64,000 nucleotides of DNA from Gemmatimonadota bacterium (lineage in GTDB: Bacteria > Gemmatimonadota > Gemmatimonadetes > Gemmatimonadales > GWC2-71-9): contig JBDHBX010000003.1 of the NCBI GenBank assembly GCA_039592335.1, positions 131,056 through 195,055 of the forward strand. The letters are read 5' to 3'. Within the stretch, counting starts at the first letter, position 1. Every line of letters begins with the position of its first letter. Shown in pieces: positions 36,319 through 43,478 of the stretch. Under the pieces are notes generated by a model. It did not search any database, was not told where the DNA came from, and saw only the letters and a list, made by a program, of their open reading frames with translations. The position numbers and the translations under genes are program-made.

Positions 36319-36607
36319 GGCTCGCTCATTCCCCCTCGGTCGCAATCTGACACGTCTGACAATATTTGGTAAGTTCCTCGCCGTTCAGGCAGGCTGCGCC
36401 GGTGTGGCGGCGCACGACGTAAGTCGTTACCCCATAGCACGTTTCGTCCATCAGCACCACCTGGGAACCCGACCGGACCCAGCCACGTTCTCGTATCCAA
36501 CCACGACGTGTTGGGCGGCCTCGCGGCCCTGTGAGGTTCTCGCTGGAGGGGTGAGCGAGCATCCACTGCTCGGCCTGACGCGTCGCGGCTTTTCCTCCCC
36601 GACCGAA

Positions 36608-36636
36608 AGAGGCGGCCTCCAACGGAGGCCGCCTCT
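36608..36636 (-). terminator. Intrinsic terminator after the MFS transporter gene
   Basis: AGAGGCGGCCTCC-aac-GGAGGCCGCCTCT (13-bp stem). On the minus strand it is followed by UUUCGG. Confidence 0.7.
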
Positions 36637-36668
36637 CGCGTTTGGATGCGCTCGGCGTGTCTCGCCGA

Positions 36669-38006
36669 TCACTCCTCCCGGGCCTTCGCCCGTGCCACCG
36701 CTTCCGCTTCCAGGGTCGACCTCACCGTGATGGTCTCCAGCCCGTGGGCCTTGGGACCGGTCTCCTGCTTGCGCAGCATCACCGCAAAGAGGAACCCGAG
36801 AACGCCCAACACCGAGAAGATCCACATGCCGGCGGCGTAGCCGCCCGGGTTGGCGGCGCTCGCCTCGAAGGCGTCGTTCGTCCTGCCGATGAGCCAGTTC
36901 ATCCCCGCAACACCGATCTGCTGCACCAGCGTCATCACGGCGTACCCGGTCCCGAGCCGGTTCTCGGGCACGATGTACGCGACGGCCGGCCACATCACCG
37001 CGGGAATGAGGGAGAATGCGAGGCCCATCATCACGACCGGCACGCCCAGCGGCACGAGCTGGTACGCCATCATCAAGTACACCGGCATGAGCAGGAACGA
37101 GCCCGCGGCCATGAACAGCGCACGCTTGCCGAACCGGTCCACCAGGAGGCCGAACAGCGGCGTCGCGATCATGGCGGAGAGCGGCAGGATGCTGTTCAAG
37201 CCACCGGCGCCCTCACGCGTGAGACCGTGGCCCTCGATGAAGAACTTGATGGCGAAGCTGCGGAACGGGAAGATCGCCGAGTAGAAGGTCACACAGAGCA
37301 GCACCACCAACCAGAACGACCGGTCGAAGCGGAACATGTCCTTCACGACGAGCCGGTCGATCTCGCCCCGCTCGCCCAGCGCGTAGCGCCGCCGGGCCCC
37401 CGTTTCCATCACGCCGTAGCCGATGGCCGGGACCACGCACAGCAGGCTCAGCACCGCAGCCACGATCAGCGGCCCCTGCCAGCCCGTGTAGGCGAAACCC
37501 GCCCAGCTGGGGGAGTTGTCGGCCGCGACCTGCCCCAGCCGCGCGAAGGTGAGGTTCAGCCCGAAGGCGAAACTCAGCTCCTTCCCCTTGAACCATTTGG
37601 CGAGCGCGGTCGTGATCGCCACGATGAGCGGCTCGGAGCCGATGCCGAGCAGGAAGCGGGCCGACAGCATGACCGACAGCTCGCCCGAGACGGCATTGAG
37701 AATCGCCGCGACGGTGCACAGGGCGCCGAAGAAGATGATGGAGATAACCGTACCGAACCGGTCGATCACGACACCGCCGATGAGCAGCACGATCACCGCG
37801 GCGATGCTGTACACCGAGTAGAGCTGGCCGATGTTCTCGTCGCTGAACCCCAGGTCGGCCTTGAGAATGTCGGCGATGGGCGCAACGGAATCGTAGACGT
37901 AGTAATTCCCGAACATCGCAAGGCTGACGACGACCAGCACCGCCCAGCGATAGAGCGTCGGCGGCGGTGGGCGCACCACGTCTGCGGCGGCTCGAGGTTC
38001 GGTCAT
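36669..38006 (-). CDS. MFS transporter
   Basis: 445 aa with about 12 predicted TM segments and MFS-type loop motifs (GGVVIDRFG, LVDRFGKR). Confidence 0.8.
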   Translation of the reverse strand: MTEPRAAADVVRPPPPTLYRWAVLVVVSLAMFGNYYVYDSVAPIADILKADLGFSDENIGQLYSVYSIAAVIVLLIGGVVIDRFGTVISIIFFGALCTVAAILNAVSGELSVMLSARFLLGIGSEPLIVAITTALAKWFKGKELSFAFGLNLTFARLGQVAADNSPSWAGFAYTGWQGPLIVAAVLSLLCVVPAIGYGVMETGARRRYALGERGEIDRLVVKDMFRFDRSFWLVVLLCVTFYSAIFPFRSFAIKFFIEGHGLTREGAGGLNSILPLSAMIATPLFGLLVDRFGKRALFMAAGSFLLMPVYLMMAYQLVPLGVPVVMMGLAFSLIPAVMWPAVAYIVPENRLGTGYAVMTLVQQIGVAGMNWLIGRTNDAFEASAANPGGYAAGMWIFSVLGVLGFLFAVMLRKQETGPKAHGLETITVRSTLEAEAVARAKAREE

Positions 38007-38122
38007 GCGCGCGATCCTTTGGGCGTCGACACCGGTTTCTGACAGACGAGAAGTGTTGGGAGGTGATGCGGGCCCAAGTATGGGCCGGCGGCCGCGCGAG
38101 CGCCAGCCGCGGGCCAGCTCCC

Positions 38123-39613
38123 TCAGACCGTGACGGGGAGACCCTGCTCTCGCGCGTACCGCATCAGTTGGCGCACCCCGCCCTTGAACGAATAGGCCTC
38201 GTAGCCCTCCCGCTGCATGACTTCGGCGACGTAGGCGGTCTGCACGCCAAAGCTGCAGTAGAGTACGTAGGTCCTGGTCTTGTCCAGGCTCTTGAAGTGC
38301 GCCGCCAGATCGGTGATGTCGCGCTGTTCGGCGCCGGGATAGTGCCAGTGCTGGAAGTGGTGGGGCTCGCGACAGTCAAAGACCACGGCACCGTCGAGGA
38401 TCTCCGCGGCGAAGAGGTAGGGCTGGACCAGATCCACATCCTGAAGCGCCCGTAGATCCAGCGTCTTCCGCTCAGCGACCGCATGCTGCAGCAAGGAGAG
38501 GTCGACGTGTGATTCCTCGTCGCGCGCCGCGGCCGGCTTCGCATGCGTCACCGGCCGGTCGGGCAGAATGGCGCAGTACTCCCGCACGTGCGCGCTCAGC
38601 ACGGCCGTGCCGATCCGCTCGGCCAGCGCGATGATCTCGAGCTTGTCGAGCCCGAGCAACGGCCGGAACACGGGCAGCGAGGCCACCTCATCGATGGCGC
38701 GCAGGTTTCCCAGGGTCTGCGAGGAGACCTGCCCCACCGCCTCCCCGGTGATCACGGCCTCGCCTCGGATGTCCTGCGCGACCGCCTCACCGGCGCGATA
38801 CATGAGCCGTTTGAGCACGACCTGCCAGTACTTCGGCTGGACCTCCTCTTTGAGGTCGTCCACCACGGGCACGAATTCCACCACGTGGATGCGCGGCTGA
38901 TCCCCGAAGCTCCACTCGTCGGCCAGGATCTTGGCCACCGACACCACGGCGCGCTCGTACGCCTCCCCACCGAGGTTGCAGAACACGTAGTCGAGGGAGA
39001 TGCCGCGTTTGAGCATGAGCCACGCAGCCACCGCCGAGTCGAACCCGCCGGAAATGAGGCACACGGCCTTCCCCTCGACGCCGAGCGGAAGCCCCCCGGC
39101 CCCTGGCTCCCGGCCACTGTAGAGGAAGGCCTCCTCGTCGCGCACTTCCACCGCAACGGTAACGTCGGGATGATCGAGGTCGACCGACGCGGCATGGCGG
39201 TCCAGCGCGGCGCCGAGCCGCACCTTGATGTCTTGCGCGGTGAACGGATGCGTACCGACGCGGCGCGCGCGCACCGCGAATTTCCGGTCCCGCACCCGAT
39301 CGGCGAACAGCGACTCGCCGGCGCGCACGATCTCGTCGAGGTCGGCGGCCAGCCGCGCCTCGACCTCGGACACGCTGCTCACCCCGAACACCGCCGCTAG
39401 GCGCTTGAGCGCGGAGCGATCGGACGCCTCCACCAGAATGCGGCTCCAGCGCGCGTCGATTCGGGAATCGATGTTGGCGGCGGCGAGCGCATCGCGCATG
39501 TTGTGCACGAGCCGCTGCTGAAAGCGTCGGCGGGTCCTGCGCGCCTTGGTGGCGACTTCGGGCGCCACGCGAACCAGGAAGAGCGTGTAGTCAGGCGTCG
39601 CCTTCGACGTCAT
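38123..39613 (-). CDS. thiI: tRNA 4-thiouridine(8) synthase ThiI with C-terminal rhodanese domain
   Basis: THUMP-like N-terminal region, PP-loop CLISGGFDSAVAAW, and rhodanese with catalytic Cys (LYCSFGVQT). Confidence 0.9.
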   Translation of the reverse strand: MTSKATPDYTLFLVRVAPEVATKARRTRRRFQQRLVHNMRDALAAANIDSRIDARWSRILVEASDRSALKRLAAVFGVSSVSEVEARLAADLDEIVRAGESLFADRVRDRKFAVRARRVGTHPFTAQDIKVRLGAALDRHAASVDLDHPDVTVAVEVRDEEAFLYSGREPGAGGLPLGVEGKAVCLISGGFDSAVAAWLMLKRGISLDYVFCNLGGEAYERAVVSVAKILADEWSFGDQPRIHVVEFVPVVDDLKEEVQPKYWQVVLKRLMYRAGEAVAQDIRGEAVITGEAVGQVSSQTLGNLRAIDEVASLPVFRPLLGLDKLEIIALAERIGTAVLSAHVREYCAILPDRPVTHAKPAAARDEESHVDLSLLQHAVAERKTLDLRALQDVDLVQPYLFAAEILDGAVVFDCREPHHFQHWHYPGAEQRDITDLAAHFKSLDKTRTYVLYCSFGVQTAYVAEVMQREGYEAYSFKGGVRQLMRYAREQGLPVTV

Positions 39614-39664
39614 GTACCGAAGGTACGCTGCGTCTGGGGGGATTCCAAGCGAGGTGCGAAGGGC

Positions 39665-40132
39665 TTACGGGCCCGCGAAGATCGCGCTGATCCGCCGCGC
39701 TCGATAGTCGAAGATCGCGTCGAGCTGCCGCCGCACCATGATGGCGTGTGCCGCCAGCCCCATCGGCCCGAGCGGCAGCGCGTACTCGACGCGGTCCGAC
39801 ACCTGGACGCCTTCGACCACGGGGCGGAAGGTGTGCAGGTGATACCACGACTTGTACGGCCCCACCACCATTTCGTCGGCGAAGCACACGTTCGAAACGA
39901 AGCGGTCGATGCGCGACTCCCACCGCATCGGGAGACCGAGCCAGCGGATGCGGTAGCGAATGCGTGTGCCCTCGCGAACGGCCGCATCGGACGCCCACTG
40001 CACCTGGAAGTTGAGCCACGAGGGGGTGATCTCGGCGAGGTTACGCGGGTTCTGGAAGAACGCGAAGACATCGTCGAGGTCGGCCGGCACGATCTGGGTG
40101 CGCGACAGCACGAACCGCTTGCCGTTCTTCAT
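39665..40132 (-). CDS. SRPBCC (START/Bet v1-like) family protein
   Basis: 155 aa. VFAFFQNPRNLAEITP...W.H.H.F pattern. ATG 40132 overlaps the photolyase stop (ATGA). The listed 351-aa version is a spurious extension. Confidence 0.7.
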   Translation of the reverse strand: MKNGKRFVLSRTQIVPADLDDVFAFFQNPRNLAEITPSWLNFQVQWASDAAVREGTRIRYRIRWLGLPMRWESRIDRFVSNVCFADEMVVGPYKSWYHLHTFRPVVEGVQVSDRVEYALPLGPMGLAAHAIMVRRQLDAIFDYRARRISAIFAGP

Positions 40133-41607
40133 GGCGCCAGCGCCTCTGCGCCGTAGCGCTCGAGATACGGCCGCACACGCAGCTTGCGCGCCGTGTTCTG
40201 CGAGCTCATGTAGCGCACATTGCCGAACACCGGCCGCTCCGGCCCCCAGGCGCGATCGTAGCGGCCCAGCACCCAGAAGATCCCCGAGTACGAGTTCGGA
40301 TCGCGACCGTCCAGCGCATACTTGTTGTTGAGCTCGACCATGAAGTGCAGCGCCTCCTCGGGCGAGGCCGACCACTCCAGGATCTTCTTGCCCCACAGCA
40401 TGCGCAGGTAGTTGTGCACCTGCCCCTCGCGCAGCAGCTGGCGCTGCGCCGCGTTCCACAACTCGTCGTGCGTGGCCGCCGTTTCGAACGCGGCGAGGTC
40501 GTAGCGGTATTCCCGCGGATCGCTGGCGTGGTCCGCCAGCGTCCGCCGAGCCCACTCCGGCAAGGAGTCGTAGCGGTCGTAGTCGGAGCGAAACGCGCAC
40601 ATGTTGTATCCCAGCTCGCGCCACGTGACCAGCTGATCCACGAAGGCGGTGGCGCTCTCTCGCATGCCCCACCCGGCACGGCCGCCCCTCGCCTCCGGCC
40701 TCAGCTCGTCGGGTGTCCACCCCTCGGTGTCCGCCACCCGCGCGAACAGCTCGTGGACGCCCAGGTGACCGAAGTGGAGGTACGGCGAGAGACCGCTGGT
40801 GCCCGGCTCACCGAGCTCGTTACGGCACTCCGCATAGTGCGGGAGCCGCTCGACGAGAAACCGGTCGACGGCCTCGAACGCGGCGCGGGGACCGCCCCGC
40901 AGCGCGGCCGGCGGCACGGCGTGATCGACCGGCAGCGCCGTCAGGGCCGCGGGCTCAACCGCCAGCAGCGCGGGAGGGGCCGCTGGCCAGCAATCGGTCA
41001 CGGCCCGATCGACACCGCCGAAGCGCGGTGCGTCGAGCGCCGCCACCGGATCCTCGAGCGGCCAATCCACGAGATGCTCTGAAAGCTCGCGGTGCAGAAA
41101 GCGGCGGAACTGATGCGCGGTCCCGAAGGCCCGGGGCGCTGCCCCGAGGGGGAGGAGCCCGTTGGCGTCCACGGCCTCGAGTTGGACAGGCACCCGCAAG
41201 GCAGCGGTGTCGAGCATGCGCGGGAGGAAGAACGCCGGGTTATCGTCGGTCACGATCACGGCGGCCGACCGCGCCAGGGTCTCCAACAGGCCCTTCCCCG
41301 CTCCCGGCTCCGGCTCGACGTAGGGAAGATAGCCGACCGGCCGCCCCGCGAGGGAAGCGGCGTGGTCCGCCATGCCCTGCAGTGCGAACGCGTGGAAGCG
41401 CTCGCTGGCCCAGGGGTAGTCCGCACGGAGCGCTTCCAGCACGAGCAGCGGCTGGCGAAGCTCGTTGGCCCACTCCACCGCCCGCTCGAGAGCGTAGTTC
41501 GCGGTGAGCCGCCGGTGTGCGGTCATCCAGTACAGCACAAACCGGCCTGCGCGGCGCGGCGATGCGTCGTTGGCAGCTCGGATGCGGATACCGGGAACGG
41601 GGCTCAT
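40129..41607 (-). CDS. phr: Class II CPD deoxyribodipyrimidine photolyase
   Basis: N-terminal FVLYWMTAHRRLTANYAL and C-terminal FAD-binding block WNAAQRQL..EG.VHNYLRMLWGKKILEW, typical of class II enzymes. The alternative start is GTG 41643. Confidence 0.9.
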   Translation of the reverse strand: MSPVPGIRIRAANDASPRRAGRFVLYWMTAHRRLTANYALERAVEWANELRQPLLVLEALRADYPWASERFHAFALQGMADHAASLAGRPVGYLPYVEPEPGAGKGLLETLARSAAVIVTDDNPAFFLPRMLDTAALRVPVQLEAVDANGLLPLGAAPRAFGTAHQFRRFLHRELSEHLVDWPLEDPVAALDAPRFGGVDRAVTDCWPAAPPALLAVEPAALTALPVDHAVPPAALRGGPRAAFEAVDRFLVERLPHYAECRNELGEPGTSGLSPYLHFGHLGVHELFARVADTEGWTPDELRPEARGGRAGWGMRESATAFVDQLVTWRELGYNMCAFRSDYDRYDSLPEWARRTLADHASDPREYRYDLAAFETAATHDELWNAAQRQLLREGQVHNYLRMLWGKKILEWSASPEEALHFMVELNNKYALDGRDPNSYSGIFWVLGRYDRAWGPERPVFGNVRYMSSQNTARKLRVRPYLERYGAEALAP

Positions 41608-41663
41608 GGACCTTTCGGGGGCGCCGCCGGAGGGCGACGCCACGAGACGAGTGCAGGTGAAAC

Positions 41664-41693
41664 GAGGGGCCGGCGGATCAGCGCCGACCCCTC
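41664..41693 (-). terminator. Hairpin after the fasciclin gene (weak or leaky terminator candidate)
   Basis: GAGGGGCCGGCG-gatca-GCGCCGACCCCTC (one mismatch). On the minus strand it is followed by GUUUCACC. The U-tract is short, so read-through into phr is plausible. Confidence 0.4.
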
Positions 41694-41706
41694 CTCAACC
41701 ATCAGG

Positions 41707-42216
41707 CTACCACTCGGGCAAGATCACCGTGTCGATCACGTGAATCACGCCGTTCGAGGCCTCCACGTCGGCCTTTACCACCTTGGCATCGTTCACGTAG
41801 ACCGAGCCGTACTTTACCTTGATCTTCACGTCGTGGCCATTCACCGTCGTCGCGCGGTCGAGCTCCACCGCCTGATCGGAGGTGACGCGGCCGGCCACCA
41901 CGTGGTACGTCAAGATTGCGGTCAACTTCTCCTTGTCCTCGAGCAACGCCTCGACGGTGCCCGCGGGCAGCTTAGCGAAGGCCTCGTCCGTCGGCGCAAA
42001 TACCGTGAACGGGCCCTCGCCCTTGAGCGTCTCGACCAGGCCCGCGGCCTGAAGCGCTGCCGCCAGCGTGTTGAACGAGCCGGTGGCGACCGCCACGTCT
42101 ACGATGTCGTCCGATGTGTAGCCGGCCGAGCTGCTCGAGTGCTTCATCTGGGCCTGGGCCGAGCCGGCGACCAAGAGGCCGGCGGCGACCAGGGTAGTGA
42201 GGGTGCGGAACTGCAT
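41707..42216 (-). CDS. Secreted fasciclin (FAS1) domain protein
   Basis: Signal peptide [25 protein letters not shown]1 motifs [10 protein letters not shown] and [16 protein letters not shown] lies 8 nt upstream of ATG 42216. Confidence 0.85.
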   Translation of the reverse strand: MQFRTLTTLVAAGLLVAGSAQAQMKHSSSSAGYTSDDIVDVAVATGSFNTLAAALQAAGLVETLKGEGPFTVFAPTDEAFAKLPAGTVEALLEDKEKLTAILTYHVVAGRVTSDQAVELDRATTVNGHDVKIKVKYGSVYVNDAKVVKADVEASNGVIHVIDTVILPEW

Positions 42217-42276
42217 GATGGGTGCCTCCAAGAAGTGATGGGTAATGCGACTTGATCTATACGGAAGCCCGGCCAC

Positions 42277-42372
42277 CTAGCCGCGCGCTGGGGCGGAGAG
42301 CCGGCGGCGCTGGATCGCCCGCCACTGCAGGGCCTTGTACAGCACTGCGGCGACGATGTCCAGCTTGTTCAT
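42277..42372 (-). CDS. 31-aa mini-ORF (MNKLDIVAAVLYKALQWRAIQRRRLSAPARG), first cistron of the light-locus operon
   Basis: Strong SD GAGGAGG 5 nt upstream of ATG 42372. It lies downstream of the predicted minus-strand promoter. The 61-aa listed version would start inside the promoter/operator. Confidence 0.4.
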   Translation of the reverse strand: MNKLDIVAAVLYKALQWRAIQRRRLSAPARG

Positions 42373-42415
42373 TCTGACCTCCTCGAAACGCTTGACTGTC
42401 CAACCGACGTCCAAG

Positions 42416-42444
42416 AATGTATGTGATAGTCTAGGGTTTGTCAA
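42416..42444 (-). promoter_or_regulatory. Sigma-70-type promoter for the mini-ORF/fasciclin/photolyase transcription unit
   Basis: The minus strand reads TTGACA (42444-42439), a 17-nt spacer, then TACATT (42421-42416). Confidence 0.6.
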
Positions 42445-42482
42445 GTGAATGTCTAACGTCATATGTTGACAAGACTTAGACA
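42428..42482. promoter_or_regulatory. Candidate CarH/LitR operator: five TWGACW hexamers at 11-bp phasing, diverging from a centre near 42460
   Basis: Minus strand: TAGACT (42433-42428), TTGACA (42444-42439), TAGACA (42455-42450). Plus strand: TTGACA (42466-42471), TAGACA (42477-42482). Two of the five are the -35 hexamers of the divergent promoters. Confidence 0.55.
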
Positions 42483-42494
42483 GAATGATACTTT
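42466..42494 (+). promoter_or_regulatory. Sigma-70-type promoter of the CarH/LitR-like gene, predicting a leaderless mRNA
   Basis: TTGACA (42466-42471), a 17-nt spacer, then TACTTT (42489-42494). ATG 42502 is 7 nt after the -10 element and has no SD. Confidence 0.55.
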
Positions 42495-42501
42495 ATCGGC
42501 C

Positions 42502-43446
42502 ATGAGCGCACCGACTGGAAACCGCGAGCCACGCCATCCGATCCGGGTGGTCTCCCTGCGAACCGGCCTGTCCCCGGATGTCCTGCGGGTCTGGGAGCGG
42601 CGCTACGGCGTGGTCACCCCGCAGCGCAGCGAGGGCGGACAGCGACTGTATTCGGACGCCGACATCGAGCGCCTCGGCTTGCTGAATCGCGCCACCCAGG
42701 CCGGCCGAGCCATTCGGCAGGTGGCCGAGCTCCGCAACGAGGAGCTGGTCGCGCTGCTGGAGGAGGACGCCGCCGCCCGTGCCTCGGGCGCTTCGACGGC
42801 CCCCGGGACCCTCGGCGCAGCGCAGGACTACCTGGCCGGCGCGCTCACCGCGGTGGAGGCCCTGGACTCTGGACGGCTGCAGTTCGTGCTGAGGCAGGCC
42901 GTGTTCGGCCTGGGAGCCACGGACTTCGTGGATCACGTGCTCGCCCCCCTGCTCCGTCAGATCGGGGACCGTTGGCACCACGGCACGCTCACCCCAGCGC
43001 ATGAGCACGCCGCGTCCGTCATCGTCAGGCGCACGCTCCAATGGATGGAGGAGATCCTGGAGGTCCCCGGCTCGGCGCCGTTGATACTGGTGACGACGCC
43101 CGCCGGTGAGCGGCACGAGATGGGTGCCATTCTGGTGGGGGTGGTGGCTGGCACCGAGGGATGGCGCACGGTCCAGCTGGGACCCGACCTGCCTGCGGCC
43201 GACATCGCGGAGGCCGCGAGACAGGCCGGCGCCCACGCGGTGGCCGTGAGCAGCATCCGGGCAGACGATGCCGCGCGACTCCTGGCGGAACTCGAAGGAC
43301 TACGAGCGGCGCTGCCCGACGGGGTGGAGCTGCTGGTCGGGGGAGCGGCGACCGCGCCGCTGAGCCGCCGGATCGAGGCGATGGGAGCGCGGTACCTGGC
43401 CGGCTTCGACGAGCTCAGGCAGTACCTGCAGGACCTGCAGCGCTAG
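42502..43446 (+). CDS. CarH/LitR-family MerR-type regulator with C-terminal cobalamin-binding photoreceptor module
   Basis: MerR HTH (IRVVSLRTGLSPDVLRVWERRYG). Wx9EH motif (WHHGTLTPAHEH). B12-binding ExHxxG (GERHEMG) with downstream SS and VGG. The alternative start is ATG 42463. Confidence 0.85.
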   Translation: MSAPTGNREPRHPIRVVSLRTGLSPDVLRVWERRYGVVTPQRSEGGQRLYSDADIERLGLLNRATQAGRAIRQVAELRNEELVALLEEDAAARASGASTAPGTLGAAQDYLAGALTAVEALDSGRLQFVLRQAVFGLGATDFVDHVLAPLLRQIGDRWHHGTLTPAHEHAASVIVRRTLQWMEEILEVPGSAPLILVTTPAGERHEMGAILVGVVAGTEGWRTVQLGPDLPAADIAEAARQAGAHAVAVSSIRADDAARLLAELEGLRAALPDGVELLVGGAATAPLSRRIEAMGARYLAGFDELRQYLQDLQR

Positions 43447-43478
43447 CTACCCACCCCCCGTGGGCACAGCTCGTCCTG

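Noticed and set aside
39665-40720. 351-aa version of the SRPBCC ORF
   Set aside because: The N-terminal 196 aa overlap the photolyase gene out of frame and are Arg/Ala/Gly-rich. An internal ATG at 40132 gives a complete 155-aa SRPBCC protein with ATGA coupling.
42277-42462. 61-aa minus-strand ORF starting back-to-back (CATATG) with the listed plus-strand ATG 42463
   Set aside because: Its start lies inside the predicted promoter/operator and has no SD. The internal ATG 42372 has a strong GAGGAGG SD.
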